Assembly: GCA_030141605.1 (NCBI GenBank)
Contig: JAQGDQ010000661.1
Coordinates: forward strand, 1 to 64,000
Reading direction: 5' to 3'
DNA from: Tubiluchus corallicola
Lineage: Eukaryota > Animalia > Priapulida
DNA length: 64,000 nt
The notes beneath the pieces were generated by a model that was given only the letters and a program-made list of their open reading frames with translations, had not been told where the DNA came from and did not search any database. Below, in pieces: positions 23,590 to 39,069 of the stretch. The translations under genes and the position numbers were made by a program. The stretch's first letter is position 1, and every line of letters begins with the position of its first letter.

Positions 23590-24019
23590 ATCACGAACTA
23601 ACATAATTTTCAACAGCAAAAATAATCCACTAGCGTTTTGCACGTGTTTGTGAAAACGAAAATTAAAGTACAGTGTTACCGTAAGATATTCAGTGTGTTA
23701 TAATAAAACTAGGCAAGTTTTAAGGTAAAAATTCAAATTTATCGCTGTGTTCACGCATGAGCCGTCGAACGTGTGTAATTCGTCACAAACTAACACATCT
23801 AAACTGAAAGGTACGGCACCTGTTTTTGTACAATGCGTTTCCGAAATGCAGGCGCTAGTGCCCGTTTAACTGTCGAATGACGAAATGCATGTAACAGCGA
23901 AGAACTAGTGGCGCGAACGTGAAATTGTGTTTGTGTGGTAATAATTCTTTCACGTAAGTCATTTTTGAAAAGTAGCATGTCTCTTACCTCTACAGTTTCA
24001 GATTGGGTCCTGTTTTGCT
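23590..24019 (-). mobile_element. Kolobok-like family A copy (left-end half)
   Basis: Ends tcctgttttgct|ttaa; body homologous to the other copies. Confidence 0.78.
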
Positions 24020-24702
24020 TTAATGTTTGATAATTCCATTAATGATCATTGACTCATCCTCGATTTAGCAGCATAATTTCAGGAGCACTGATGTTGACTG
24101 ATTCTGTTCTTCTCAAAAATTTCTTAAAGATGAAAGAAAATGATTGCTTTGTGGAATAGAAGAAAAATAAAATAAATCTAGAGAAATCTTTCTCGGGAAA
24201 CCAAAGCTAAAGGGAACTACTTTCTATGGCGCTTTGATAACGTCCAGGAACTACTTTCCATGGCGCTTAAACAAAGACGAAAAAACGTCAACACTTTTTT
24301 TAAAACATTCATAACGCCTTTCATAAATAAAGCTTGAAAATTGGTTTTCACATTTTATTTCATTTCCATGCTGTCTTATTGTGCACAGATCTTGCGCTAG
24401 TAGCAACGCTGTATGAAACTTAAACTCCCGCGATGACCATCAGACGCAGCCATTTTAATTGTAAGTCGTTTGAAACAAGTTAGATTCAGATTTAGATTCG
24501 ATTATATTTAGATTTAGATTTAGATTAAAATTTATTTCTCACAAAAAGCAATGTACATTCAATGATAGGAAACAATGATTACAAAATGGCGTGTGAAAGA
24601 AAGTAAATTGCTTACGACAAAATGCTTCAATGTGAACTGTAAGAAATTCTTGTAAGAATTTGAACATCTTAATATTCTCTTTTCATAAAGACAGATTTTC
24701 AC

Positions 24703-25884
<1,182 letters not shown>

Positions 25885-26205
25885 TTACACGATGCGTTGA
25901 CTCATTTCTCCTAATCATATTTCACGTGTTCCATACATGAAATTGTCTCAGGTGTTTCTGCTGACAACGATGGCAGTTTTACATTTTATATGTCTAACAG
26001 AAACATAATAAAACTCTTGCCGAACATTGAAATATCGATAAAGTCAAATATGTCTCAAGAACAAGAAACACGTAAATCTTGTCTTGAAATTACAAATACA
26101 GGGTGTCTCAAAAGTCACCATACGTTTGGTTTTCTAATTTTCCTTTTTGAAATTTCTTTTATTTCACCGAGTTGTTATACGGATCAAAACGGGTCTTTGC
26201 CAATT

Positions 26206-26267
26206 TGATGTTGGTGGTTGTGGTGACGATGATGTTGATGGTTGTGGTGATGATGATGATGATAACA

Positions 26268-26315
<48 letters not shown>

Positions 26316-26322
26316 GTTGTGG

Positions 26323-26373
<51 letters not shown>

Positions 26374-26552
26374 CGTTGTTGATGGTTGTGATGTTGATGT
26401 TGATGGTTGTGGTGATGATGATGTTGATGGTTGTGGTGATGATGATGATGATAACAATGATGATGATGATGATGATGATGAAGATGATGATGATGATGAT
26501 GATGATGACGTTGTTGATGGTTGTGGTGATGATGTTGATGGTTGTGGTGATG

Positions 26553-26625
<73 letters not shown>

Positions 26626-26669
26626 CGTTGTTGATGGTTGTGATGATGATGTTGATGGTTGTGGTGATG

Positions 26670-26721
<52 letters not shown>

Positions 26722-26750
26722 CGATGGTGATGATGATGTTGATGGTTGTT
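26206..26750. repeat. Degenerate (GAT)n with gttgatggttgtggt submotif
   Basis: Read directly; the same submotif occurs at ~31020-31440 and in reverse at ~33920-34000. Confidence 0.93.
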
Positions 26751-27094
26751 GGAAAAATTTAGAAAATGCAAAGGGTATCGTGATTTATTGAAACTAGTTG
26801 AAATTAGTTTTAATAGTTATAAATTTTGCGAGGCTTATCTAAATGCTTAGTCCTCAAGACCGCGAAGCAACGTAATTTCTGCTTTTGTTGCTGTTTTTTT
26901 ACTTTCGATTTGTTAATTTTTCGCTTTTCTTATCGCGCAAATTTGGAAGCTGCGCGTTTTTAATTAAACAGTAATTAATTAACCAGGCAAAATTGATCAA
27001 ATTCGCACATTTATTGTCACGCAACCTAATCGACAAATCCTCACGTGGGGCTCTAGATGGTTGATACTTTGCTAACTAGCTGGCGAATGAATGC

Positions 27095-27498
27095 AGTTCA
27101 GATGCGTTAGTTTGTGACGAATTGCACACGTTTGACAGCTCATGCGTGAGCACAGTGGTAAAATTGAAATTTGAATTTTTATCCTAAAACTTGCGTTGTT
27201 TTAGTACAACACACTGAATGTCTTACAGTAGCACTGTACATCAATTTTCTCTTTCTCAAGCACGTTCATCATGCCCGTGGAATATTTATGCTGTTGAAAA
27301 TCATGTTAGTTTGTGATGTCATCAATAGTTGGGCTCCACCACCGTAAATTACGTTTTTAATCTACTATTTAATTATCAGAAACGCTTTTGTAGCATCAAT
27401 TGTGCTAAAATTTTATGTGCATACTTTTTATCGGACTTGAAAATGGGGTGGTATATGAGAAATCATCCTGTCTTCCTTTTCATCCTGTCTTCCGTTAA
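27095..27498 (+). mobile_element. Kolobok-like family A copy with duplicated terminus
   Basis: Ends catcctgtcttccttttcatcctgtcttccgttaa. Confidence 0.78.
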
Positions 27499-27520
27499 GA
27501 GAATTCATCCGGACTTTAAT

Positions 27521-27914
27521 CCGGGGCGTATTAATCAATAAGGGCGCCAATCTTTGAGGGGCGTCGTATTTAAAAAAAATTCTTATTCTCCTCGGAAAAT
27601 GTGTAAACTTTCATAATCATGTAATGGGCGCATTTTATAACACACCACAGGCAGTTACTGGGCAAGTCATTTATAAAAGTAGCACATAACGAACAGGTAC
27701 AAAGTTATACACAACAAGCAGTTGCGCAGCCTATTTGAATATAAGCTTTCTGCAAATGTATGTAATTAATAATGACCAAGTAGAAACTAGGTTAACAGTG
27801 CTCCTAATACACCACAAGTAATTACTTAACCTGCTTGCTACATAAGCAACCATAAATGCACAATACAGGTGGGTGGGGCTGAACTAGGGCGTCGAAAGGG
27901 TTGATACGCCCCTG
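27521..27914. mobile_element. hAT-type MITE, ~394 bp
   Basis: Imperfect TIRs ccggggcgtattaa / ttgatacgcccctg; 8-bp TSD actttaat/actgtaat (7/8). The internal segment is also present at ~32291-32388. Confidence 0.75.
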
Positions 27915-28374
27915 ACTGTAATATCGTGCCTCACAATAAAAGCAACGTAAGAGCAGGATAATGACAAATCTTCCAGGTTTATGTTTTTCAGGAAATATTG
28001 CACATAAATTTCTTACAACGCTTTTAGCGTGAATCCAACATTTACAACTATTTTATTCCTAACATACATAAGAAGTGCTGTCAAATATACAACTCCTCTG
28101 CTGGTAGTTGAATGTCGATACAGCAGTATAATAATTTTACTGTCTGTCTAATGCGCTGAATATTTGTAAAGTAAAATCATATCGGTTTTTACGTCTAAAC
28201 TTATTACATTGAAAATCCTTCAAAATGAAAGAATTTATTAGCGAGCAAAAGCGAAGATAATCGTAAAACTAAGTTTATGTGAAAACTCTGCTTCGATTGT
28301 CCATCAAGTGCATGTGAAGCTGAGTGGAGGAGAGTGAATCAGTTCGACATTTCATTCTTAGCTTGTCTTGTTTG

Positions 28375-28555
28375 CGTTTACTAATGAATGCAAAGAAACG
28401 GACAGGTTTGAACGACAGCAAAATTGAGAGGCTGCCATTTGATATTGGAAAGACTGTCATTCGTTCAACTGTCATTTAAAACCGAAGAGAAATTCTTCTT
28501 GTGTGTTAAGTTGAGTATGTAATTCTGTGATGATGATGATGATGGTGGTGATGAC

Positions 28556-28590
<35 letters not shown>

Positions 28591-28741
28591 CGTTTACTAA
28601 TGAATGCAAAGAAACGGGCTGGTTTGAACGACAGCAAAATTGAGAGGCTGCCATTTGATATTGGAAAGACTGTCATTCGTTCAACTGTCATTTAAAACCG
28701 AAGAGAAATTCTTCTTGTGTGTTAAGTTGAGTATGTAATTC

Positions 28742-28834
<93 letters not shown>

Positions 28835-29017
28835 CGTTTACTAATGAATGCAAAGAAACGGACAGGTTTGAACGACAGCAAAATTGAGAGGCTGCCATTT
28901 GATATTGGAAAGACTGTCATTCGTTCAACTGTCATTTAAAACCGAAGGGAAATTCTTTTTGTCTGTTGAGTTGTATATGCAATTGTGTGATGATGATGAT
29001 GATGATGATGATGATGT

Positions 29018-29074
<57 letters not shown>

Positions 29075-29284
29075 CGTTTACTAATGAATGCAAAGAAACG
29101 GGTTGGTTTGAACGACAGCAAAATTGAGAGGCTGCCATTTGATATTGGAAAGACTGTCATTCGTTCAACTGTCATTTAAAACCGAAGAGAAATTCTTCTT
29201 GTGTGTTAAGTTGAGTATGTAATTGTGTGATGATGATGATGATGAAGATGAAGATGATGATGATGATGACGGTGATGATGATGG

Positions 29285-29326
<42 letters not shown>

Positions 29327-29490
29327 CGTTTACTAATGAATGCAAAGAAACGGGTTGGTTTGAACGACAGCAAAATTGAGAGGCTGCCATTTGATATTGG
29401 AAAGACTGTCATTCGTTCAACTGTCATTTAAAACCGAAGAGAAATTCTTCTTGTGTGTTCAGTTGAGTATGTAATTGTGTGATGATGATG

Positions 29491-29522
<32 letters not shown>

Positions 29523-29739
29523 GATGGTGATGGTGATGGTGATGATGATGATGATGATGATGATGAAGATGAAGATGATGATGAAGATGATGATGATGAT
29601 GATGATGATGTCGATGAAGATGAAGATGAAGATGAAGATGATGATGAAGATGAAGATGAAGATGAAGATGAAGATGAAGATGATGATGAAGATGAAGATG
29701 AAGATGAAAATGAAGATGAAGATGATGAATGAAGATGAA

Positions 29740-29816
<77 letters not shown>

Positions 29817-30003
29817 CGACGATGATGACGATGATGATGATGATGATGATGACGTTTACTAATGAATGCAAAGAAACGCTGGTTTGAACGACAGCAAAAT
29901 TGAGAGGCTGCCATTTGATATTGGAAAGACTGTCATTCGTTCAACTGTCATTTAAAACCGAAGAGAAATTCTTCTTGTATGTTAAGTTGAGTATGTAATT
30001 CTG

Positions 30004-30060
<57 letters not shown>

Positions 30061-30448
30061 CGTTTACTAATGAATGCAAAGAAACGGGCAGGTTTGAACG
30101 ACAGCAAAATTGAGAAGCTGCCATTTGATATTGGAAAGACTGTCATTCGTTCAACTGTCATTTAAAACCGAAGAGAAATTCTTCTTGTGTGTTAAGTTGA
30201 ATGTGTAATTGTGTGATGATGATGAAGATGGTGATGACGATGATGATGATGATGATGATGATGACGTTTACTAATGAATGCAAAGAAACGGCCAGGTTTG
30301 AACGACAGCAAAATTGAGAAGCTGCCATTTGATATTGGAAAGACTGTCATTCGTTCAACTGTCATTTAAAACCGAAGAGAAATTCTTCTTGTGTGTTAAG
30401 TTGAATGTGTAATTGTGTGATGATGATGATGATGATGATGATGGTGAA

Positions 30449-30540
<92 letters not shown>

Positions 30541-30897
30541 CGTTTACTAATGAATGCAAAGAAACGGCCAGGTTTGAATGACAGCAAAATTGAGAAGCTG
30601 CCATTTGATATTGGAAAGACTGTCATTCGTTCAACTGTCATTTAAAACCGAAGAGAAATTCTTCTTGTGTGTTAAGTTGAATGTGTAATTGTGTGATGAT
30701 GATGAAGATGGTGATGACGATGATGATGATGATGATGATGATGACGTTTACTAATGAATGCAAAGAAACGGCCAGGTTTGAACGACAGCAAAATTGAGAA
30801 GCTGCCATTTGATATTGGAAAGACTGTCATTCGTTCAACTGTCATTTAAAACCGAAGAGAAATTCTTTTTGTCTGTTGAGTTGTATATGCAATTGTG

Positions 30898-30898
<1 letters not shown>
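28375..30898. repeat. Composite tandem array: 10 copies of a ~155-bp conserved unit separated by variable (GAT)n tracts
   Basis: cgtttactaatgaatgcaaagaaacgg... starts at about 28375, 28591, 28835, 29075, 29327, 29853, 30061, 30265, 30541 and 30745. Confidence 0.95.
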
Positions 30899-30932
<34 letters not shown>

Positions 30933-30947
30933 GTGATGGTGATGGTG

Positions 30948-31019
<72 letters not shown>

Positions 31020-31160
31020 TTGATGGTTGTTGTAATGATGATGAAGATGTTGATGGTTGTGGTGATGACGATTATGATGATGATGATGATGTTGAGGATG
31101 ATGGTGATGACCATGATGATGAAGATGATGATGATGATGATGATGATGATGGTGACGATA

Positions 31161-31197
<37 letters not shown>

Positions 31198-31512
31198 CGT
31201 TGCTGGTTGTTGTGATGATGAAGATGCAGATGCAGATGAAGATGAAGATGAAGATGAAGATGAAGATGAAGATGAAGATGAAGATGAAGATGAAGATGAA
31301 GATGAAGATGAAGATGAAGATGAAGATGAAGATGAAGATGAAGATGATGATGACGATGATGATGATGATGATGATGATGATGACGTTGCTGGTTGTTGTG
31401 ATGATGATGATAATGTTGATGATGATGTTACTGGTTGTCGTGATGATAATGATGATGACGATGATGATAATGGCGATGATGACGATAATGATGATGATGA
31501 AGATGATGACGA
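30898..31512. repeat. Degenerate (GAT)/(GAAGAT)n tract
   Basis: Read directly from the sequence. Confidence 0.93.
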
Positions 31513-31752
31513 ATCACACGAGCAACAAGCCCTTAAACATCATTTAGTTTTCTTGAGCGAAAATTTCTGACAAAGACGGACAGAAAAAATAAAGTTATAT
31601 TATTCCGACACAATTCATCCTCTGACCAATGCCTGTGAGTGGTAATAGGAGAAACCTTTGCATAAAAAACTGAATTGTAGAGTAAACATGACCTAAACTG
31701 GTGGAAACATTGCAGACATTTGTGTTTGAATCAAATCCGTGTCTTTGCTTAA

Positions 31753-32290
31753 AGCAAAACCGGACGCCATCTTAAACTGTAGGTCAAAACAATCTACTCT
31801 TTAAAATATTGAAAGGAAACATTACTTTTTCAAAAATGACTTACGTGAAAGAATTATTACCACACAAGCACAATTTCACGTTTGCGCCACTAGTTCTTCA
31901 CTGTTATATGCATTTCGTCATTTGCTGTTAGACGGCCACTAGCGCCTGCATTTCGGAAACACATTATGCAAAACAGGAACTGCACCTCCCTAGTTCAGAT
32001 GTGTTAGTTTGTGACGAACGTGAACGCAGCGATAAATTGGAATTTTTACCTTAAGGCTTGCCTAGTTTTATTACAACACACGGAATATCTTTACAGTAGC
32101 ACTGTGCTTCAATTTTCGCTTTCGCAAACACGTGCAACACGCTCGTGGAATATTTTTGATGTTGAAAATTATGTTCGTTTGTGATGTCATCAATAGTTGG
32201 GCTCGCTCGCCGGCAATTAAGTTTTTAATCCTTTATTTAATTACCAGAAAGGCTTTTACAGTATTATTAGTGTTAAAATGTATATCTTTT
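31753..32290 (+). mobile_element. Kolobok-like family A copy (left end intact)
   Basis: ttaa|agcaaaaccggacgccatcttaaactgtagg followed by the shared body. Confidence 0.8.
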
Positions 32291-32893
32291 CATGTAAAGG
32301 GCGCATTTTATAACACACCACAGGCAGTTTCTGGGCGAGTTTTTATATAAGTACCACATAACGAACAGGTGCAAAGTAATACACAACATTAGAGGCTGTT
32401 GTTCTGCTTTCTTCTTCTTCTTTTACAAGCCACTCTCCGTCAAAGATCTTAACTCGGTATGCTTTGTTAGCTAGAGGCAGCAGGCTTCCCGGTAATTACA
32501 TGCGCAACGAGGCTTCTTTATTTAAGCTAATTGCAACAATTAATATGACAGTTCAATTAACTTAAGTGTTCCCTCCTCATGAGGGTTATTAGGGAAGCTG
32601 CATTAACGGTAAAAGCACAAGTAAAGCTTTGTGTGCTAGACTCAGGTCAAAGTTGGTAAAAGAAAGGCTTTTCCGTCTTTAATGGCATCGAATTAGTTCC
32701 TAATCTCAACGAAGAAAGAAATTGTTATAAACAGCGTGAAGTCAGATCCTCGGATAGCTCTTGCTTAGTAATGCTACCCTTTGTCCTGCACCCCGCTAAC
32801 TCTTTCCTTTATGCTTAATTTATCCTTTTTAATCAATAACTAAAAAAATAATAGTCAATTTGTAAACTAGTGTAAATGAGAAGATAAATAATA

Positions 32894-33240
32894 ATGTCTA
32901 TGGCTTTGTCTAAAGATTTAAGACAAAACCTGTTCTCTCTAGTGAACGAAATTTTGTCAAACTTTATTACCCTTACAGTAGAGGAAAAAATTATATTTCT
33001 GATGAATGGAAATGAAGCTGAACGTGCAAATTTAATTTCAAATCATGTTACAGACTGTTTTAAAAGAAGAAAATAATAACTTAGTCACAAAAAATGATAT
33101 CCAATTCATAGCAGAAGCATGTTATTGTACATATGATTTTTGTAAACTTGTAAATACTATTTACTATTTTATTTCTTGTTTTTTTACTGTTTCATAAATT
33201 GTAACGATTAATACAAGTGTTGGGAGGCTTTATATGATGT
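32894..33240 (+). mobile_element. LINE extreme 3' fragment
   Basis: KDLRQNLFSLV...FITLTVEEKIIFLMN...CFKRRK* resembles the post-zinc-knuckle C-terminus of CR1/L2/RTEX-group ORF2. Confidence 0.5.
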
Positions 33241-34671
33241 GTGATTTCTTATGTACATACTGTTAACACAGCAAAAGACGACAGTTCATTTCATAAGCTG
33301 TTGCTGCAGTGTTTTTTTCTAAAACGAAAAAAAACATAAAATTTGCAGTAATGTAATTTGAACAAAACATCGGAAATTTGAACGAAAAAATTACACAGAT
33401 TATCTAATTAATAAACTTAGATTTACAAAAAATCACTTACTTCATTCGGCTAGAGAGAGCACACTGTTTATGGTTTATGAAGCATGACATTAAATTTCTC
33501 ACATAAAAATTGCATTATCCACATTACAAGTAAGTCTCTGCAATAACCAGTCAACTCTGCCAGCAATTGCCCACTTGTCCCTTTAGTTTTGGCTCCCTCA
33601 TGCGGGAAATATAAAAACGAATTATATGGGTAATTGGGTAATTTGCCCATAACAGGTCATATATGGCAAAGTTGGTAAAAGAAATGCTTGTTCGACTTTA
33701 ATGGCATCGAATTAGTTCCTAATCTCCACGAAGAAACAACAACGGTATAAACAGCGTGAAGTCAGATCCACGGATAGTTCTTGTTTAGTAAGGAGTCCAA
33801 AAATCCCGAGTCGATGAATACGAATCATTGTGTAGAGAGAGTTATTCGAGTACAAAGCACAGCTGGTAATAATGATCAATCATCATCATCATCGTCATCA
33901 TCATCATCGTCATAATCATCATCACAACCATCTACATCATCGTCATAATCATCATCACAACCATCTACATCATCATCATCATCACAACCATCAACATCAT
34001 CATCATCATCGTCATCATCATCATCGTCATCATCGTCATCATTAAAACGAAGACTGGATGATTTTTCATATATTACCCAATTTCAAGTTCGGTAAAAAGT
34101 ATACATTTTAATACACCAAAAGCGTTTCTGATAATTAAATAATAAATTAAAAACTTAATTCACGGCGAGCGAGCCCAGCTAGTGACGACATCACAAACGA
34201 ACATAATTTTCAACAGCAAAACTATTCCACGAGCGTGTTGCACCTGTTCCGTAGTCATGATCAGCACGAGGAACGGAAGAAAAGATTCTGGCTAGTTTTC
34301 ATCTTAATTTTCTGTTTGAAATTTTATATTTCTTGTCTCTTTCTTCATCTACAACATTTGTCTGTAACATGATTTGACTAATCCAGATTCGAACCCTGGA
34401 CCTCTTGACCGCCTCCACAACAATATCATAATTTCTTTCCAAAATTCAAATCAGGTTTCTTAGTTTACGTAAAACTGCTTTTATTAGTCAGCATCTCATT
34501 AGCAAACGGTCTTAATTTTTGCTGTTTGATGTGCCGTTTGTTCGATCCTTGCCAGACAATGTCCATTAATTACGACCTCAATTCCATTACTAGAGATCGG
34601 ATGGCTTATTAATCTTTACTGATGTCACGAGAATACAAAATTTTACTTTAACGAGGTTGCATAAAAACTTT

Positions 34672-35000
34672 AATCCTTTTTATCGTTTGCCATGTAAGAG
34701 TGAGTTTTAACATTACACCACTGTAATTAGTGCATTGCAATTGTAGTTGCAATGCATTGCAGTTGTAATTAGTTCAGGAGAATTCAGAGAGAGTGCGCCA
34801 AGCTTGGTATTGACCACAGGAACTAATATTTAAAAACGTTAACCCTTTTTATCGTTTGCCAAGTAAGCGTGAGTTTTAACATTACTGCACTGTAATTAGT
34901 GCATTGCAATTGTAGTTGTAATGCATTGCAGTTGTAATTAGTTCAGGAGATTTCAGAGTGAGTGCGCCAAGTTTGGTATTGACTACAGGAACTAATAGTT
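34672..35000. repeat. ~170-bp direct tandem duplication
   Basis: cctttttatcgtttgcca...gagtgcgccaag...acaggaactaata occurs twice. Confidence 0.85.
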
Positions 35001-35022
35001 AAAGGCGTTAATCATAAGGTCG

Positions 35023-35403
35023 TTGAGATTGATAGCTGGGTACTCATACAAACGTAAGGCAGGTAGACAAAAATTCAAAGCTTCAACAACTAACCTGAGA
35101 AAAACTTTAAAATTCCCAATCATTGAAGCACACAAAGAATATTTTACTCTGCTTTTTATATTTAAATACATTAACAACATCAGCAAACCATTCCAGAATA
35201 ACAGATTTGCCTTTTTTCCAAATCCTATCGTTAATTCCAGAACAAGCAATTTAAAACTAATTAGGACAAATACCCACTGTTAAACGAACTCTGTAATCAA
35301 ACAAGCAATTCTACTTTGGAATTCTCTACCATTACAGGTTAAACAAATCAAGTCCCTATCAGCATTTAAAACAAAATTAAAATCACTAATATTAACCAGA
35401 TAA
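35023..35403 (+). mobile_element. LINE ORF2 C-terminal fragment with in-frame stop
   Basis: ...FIFKYINN...SRTSNLKLIRTNTHC*TNSVIKQAILLWNSLPLQVKQIKSLSAFKTKLKSLIL; WNSLP...FK is the typical CR1/L2-group tail. Confidence 0.75.
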
Positions 35404-35439
35404 GAAATACCAGATAGTTAAATAACAGACTAAAATCTT

Positions 35440-35832
35440 AGTTAACGGCAGGCGAGCCCAACTAGTGATGACATCACAAACTAACATAATTTTCAACAGT
35501 AAAACTATTCCACGAAAGTTAACGGCAGGCGAGCCCAACTAGTGATGACATCACAAACTAACATAATTTTCAACAGTAAAACTATTCCTCGAGCGTGTTG
35601 CACGTGTTTGCGAAAGAGAAATTTGAAGTACAGTGGTACTGTAAGGTATTCAGTGTCTTCTACTAAAACTAGGCAGCTTTTAAGATAAAAATTCAAACTT
35701 CAAATTTACCACTGTGCTCACGCATGAGCTGTCGAACGTGTGCAGTTCGTCACAAACTAACACATCTGAACTGAGACGTACAACACCTGCTTTTTTGCGC
35801 AGTTCGTCACAAACGAACACATCTTAACTGAA
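35440..35832 (-). mobile_element. Kolobok-like family A internal copy with local duplications (another partial copy at ~34045-34247)
   Basis: gcgagcccaactagtgatgacatcacaaactaacataatttt is duplicated; body homologous to family A. Confidence 0.75.
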
Positions 35833-36271
35833 CAGCCTTTGTCGAATATCTGCTGACATTCACGTCAAAAAATATAATCAATTATTATATTTTCCGCAGC
35901 GTCAGGTTTGACCAGGCGTAATTGTCACGCGCTTTGCGTGAATGCCGCAATTAAAATCTTCTATCGCGAGGGATTTCACTACAAATGTTCCTCCTGGCGG
36001 ATATTAGTTACACACACAATAGAGCCGCTAATTTCCGGTGTCTTATCTATCACTTTTAAATGGCTTCGTTGCGTTCAGTCAAAATGGCTTCGTTTAGCTT
36101 TGCAGTCGAAGATTCTCGGTCTGGCAATTTAGTACGTATTTTTGACTGTTGTAAATTGCAGCTTTTTTCATGAACAAGATGAAATATTGTGAACTAATTT
36201 TTGACTGTGCAAAACTATTTAGAGGAAGTTTAGTATTTAAATAACCTCGCTCTCCCACTCAATTTAAATAC

Positions 36272-36722
36272 CTTAACTCTTACCCTAACCCTATCTCACC
36301 CTAACCCTATCTCACTCTAACCCTAACCCTAACTCAATTTAAATACTTTAACTCTAACCCTAACCCTATCTCACCCTAACCATATCTCACTCTAACCCTA
36401 ACCCTATCTCACCCTAACCCTATCTCACTCTAACCCTAACCCTAACTCAATTTAAATACTTTAACTCTAACCCTAACCCTATCTCACCCTAACCCTATCT
36501 CACTCTAACCCTAACCCTATCTCACCCTAACCCTATCTCACTCTAACCCTAACCTTATCTTACTCTAACCCTAACCCTATCTCACTCTAACCCTAACCCT
36601 ATCTCACCCTGACCCTATCTCACTCTAACCCTAACCCTAACTCAATTTAAATACCTGAACTCTAACCCTAACCCTAACATTATCTCACTCTAGCCCTAAC
36701 CCCAATTCAATTTAAATACCTT
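36272..36722. repeat. Degenerate interstitial (CCCTAA)-like repeat
   Basis: taaccctaaccctatctcac units interspersed with ctcaatttaaatac. Confidence 0.85.
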
Positions 36723-36991
36723 AATTCTATTGTAATGTAAAACGAACGGTAGGTTTAATAAGCTGGTGTAAACCCATAATGATTTTACTGATGACACGAG
36801 GCGTTTACTGCACTATTTTTACTAAATCTTTCAAACATTTTTTTGAAACAATGAAACAACTCTAACTTCCCAGAAAGCTTGTACTTCCCTTTAAATAAAA
36901 AAATTTACAAGCCAATTTGCGTAATCAAAATGCTCTTCGAGTGAAACATGCAAACGTCCGAAAGCAAAATATAACAGTTGTTAGTGACTCT

Positions 36992-37134
<143 letters not shown>

Positions 37135-37377
37135 TCTATGACAGGTCTTCAAAAGTCTCAGTTGAATTTCATATAAACAACTGATCTATATTTCTGAAAT
37201 ATTTAAAAATTAAAATAGAAAAGTAAAAGTGACTGACATTGGCTAACTTTACGAAAAGTTACATAGTTTAGTTAGATTGACAGTTATTTAGTGCATTCAA
37301 AAATATCAATGAAAAAATCAAAATAGAAATTAATAGAAGTAAACTTACATCGTTGCGGCATATATCTAATGAAAAAT

Positions 37378-37692
37378 TCCGCTAGCTTGCACAAGACACG
37401 TGTTCACATATACTACAGAACAGCACAATGAAAACATAACAAGGTCAATGCCAACACTTTAAACATTCCAGCTAGATGGAGCCACCATGGCTAAAAAGTT
37501 AAAATTTGTTAAGTCCGGTTCACACTGAACTCCGGTGATAAATTTTGCTAGCTTGCACAAGACACACATGTTCACATATACTACACAGCAGCATAATGAA
37601 AACATAATTGGGTCAATGCCCACACTTTAAACTTTTCAGCTAGATGGAGCCACCTTGGCTACAAAATTAAAATTTATTAAGCCCGGTTCACA
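37378..37692. repeat. ~168-bp direct duplication
   Basis: gctagcttgcacaagacac...cagctagatggagccacc...ccggttcacac occurs twice. Confidence 0.85.
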
Positions 37693-38526
37693 CCGGCCTG
37701 AAGAACATTCAACGAATGGAAGCAGTTACTGTTTCCAAAGAGCAAATTTTTAATTAATTTACTGATGCACTCAAGATAATAACTCCACTGCAATATTTAT
37801 GTCAAACCACAACAAATGCCAATTAACACTTTCGCTGACATTGTTAATAAATAATTCATTTTAAGCTTTTAATGGCAATTATTTCGATTAAAAAGACTCT
37901 CAATTTTAAAACGTCAATATACGTATTGACATTTTCAGTAATAATAAAAAGCGACCAGATTACGACCTTTTAGGGCTCCGAGGCTAATGAAATTTTATGT
38001 CACCCCCTATATATTATATATATTAATTCTTTATTTGTCATTAAAATGGTTCACTCATTATAATAAAATTGAGTAAGCCTCAGCGTAATGTTAAGATAAC
38101 AACACTGTTCAAGACAAATGCGTCCAGTCCAGACTAAAAAAACTAAAGTGCAAAACTAAGGCCTAATTATATACAATAAATGAACATATTTACAAACACC
38201 ATATTAAAATGTTTTTACAAAACAATATTACAAAAGTACATTAAATTTTACATGACATATTTTACACTATATATACATTTGACATGACACAATTAACAGA
38301 AACATGCTTTACATTACATAAATTTCACTCATTACATTTACACTATTTATACATTTGACATTACAAAACTAACATAACACGTATTACATTTCATAATTTA
38401 AAAAAAAAAAATTCATTGTTAATCGTTTTATGGAGTCAGGGGCGGGGGTAGATGAAAGTTGAGTCTGTGGAATTAGTATCAGATGCTCTAACAAGCTATC
38501 TTGAATATTTTTTACTCATGATATGT

Positions 38527-38979
38527 GTACTGGAAATCTTGCATTAGCGTACTTAGCAGCTTTCGCTTGTTGTTGGCTTTGGCCACCTTGTGGTGATTTT
38601 TGGCCTAATCACGTGATCAATTTGATCTGGATCAGAGGCCTACTGTGAAGTGAAGATGTGTCATGATAAGTTGATAAGATATTGTCGTTATCTGTTTACA
38701 ATTGCTCATGATTTGGGGCTAATAACGTATGTATATCCTCTAATTACTTTAAAAAAACTTAAATTTAGTTTAAAATATCAACTAGGTATTTATTAATATG
38801 ACAGTGCAGTGTAGAACTCTTAAATTATGTAAAATTGATTTTTGGCTATTGTTATTTTTTGTTATTTTTGGCATTAATTTCTTATGTTTAGATGGAATGA
38901 CATGTTTTGGCAAATAAAGAGCAAAGAAAGAGCAAAATTTAATCGAGCTTCGAATTTAGTTTTGAAAGCCCAAACAGTA
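38527..38979 (-). mobile_element. Family C MITE-like copy
   Basis: Reverse complement of 21717-22164. Confidence 0.82.
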
Positions 38980-39069
38980 TATTTTAGCGACATCTTTACT
39001 AGCCTGTGGGATAATTCAGGATACAAGTAGTTTTGCAAAACGTTGCAGAAGCGTTTTTATTTGTACTAA

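Noticed and set aside
28375-30898. CRISPR-like repeat/spacer appearance
   Set aside because: Eukaryotic context, 155-bp repeats, spacers that are simple (GAT)n, and no cas genes.
26147-31570. Poly-Asp, poly-His and poly-Met ORFs (also at 39-40, 45, 49 and 58 kb) as acidic biomineralisation or His-rich proteins
   Set aside because: They are frame translations of (GAT)n, with no signal peptide, no convincing splice sites and no unique coding sequence.
36272-36722. True telomere or chromosome-fusion site (also 51651-52420)
   Set aside because: Highly degenerate, organised in longer units, interstitial, and with no head-to-head junction.
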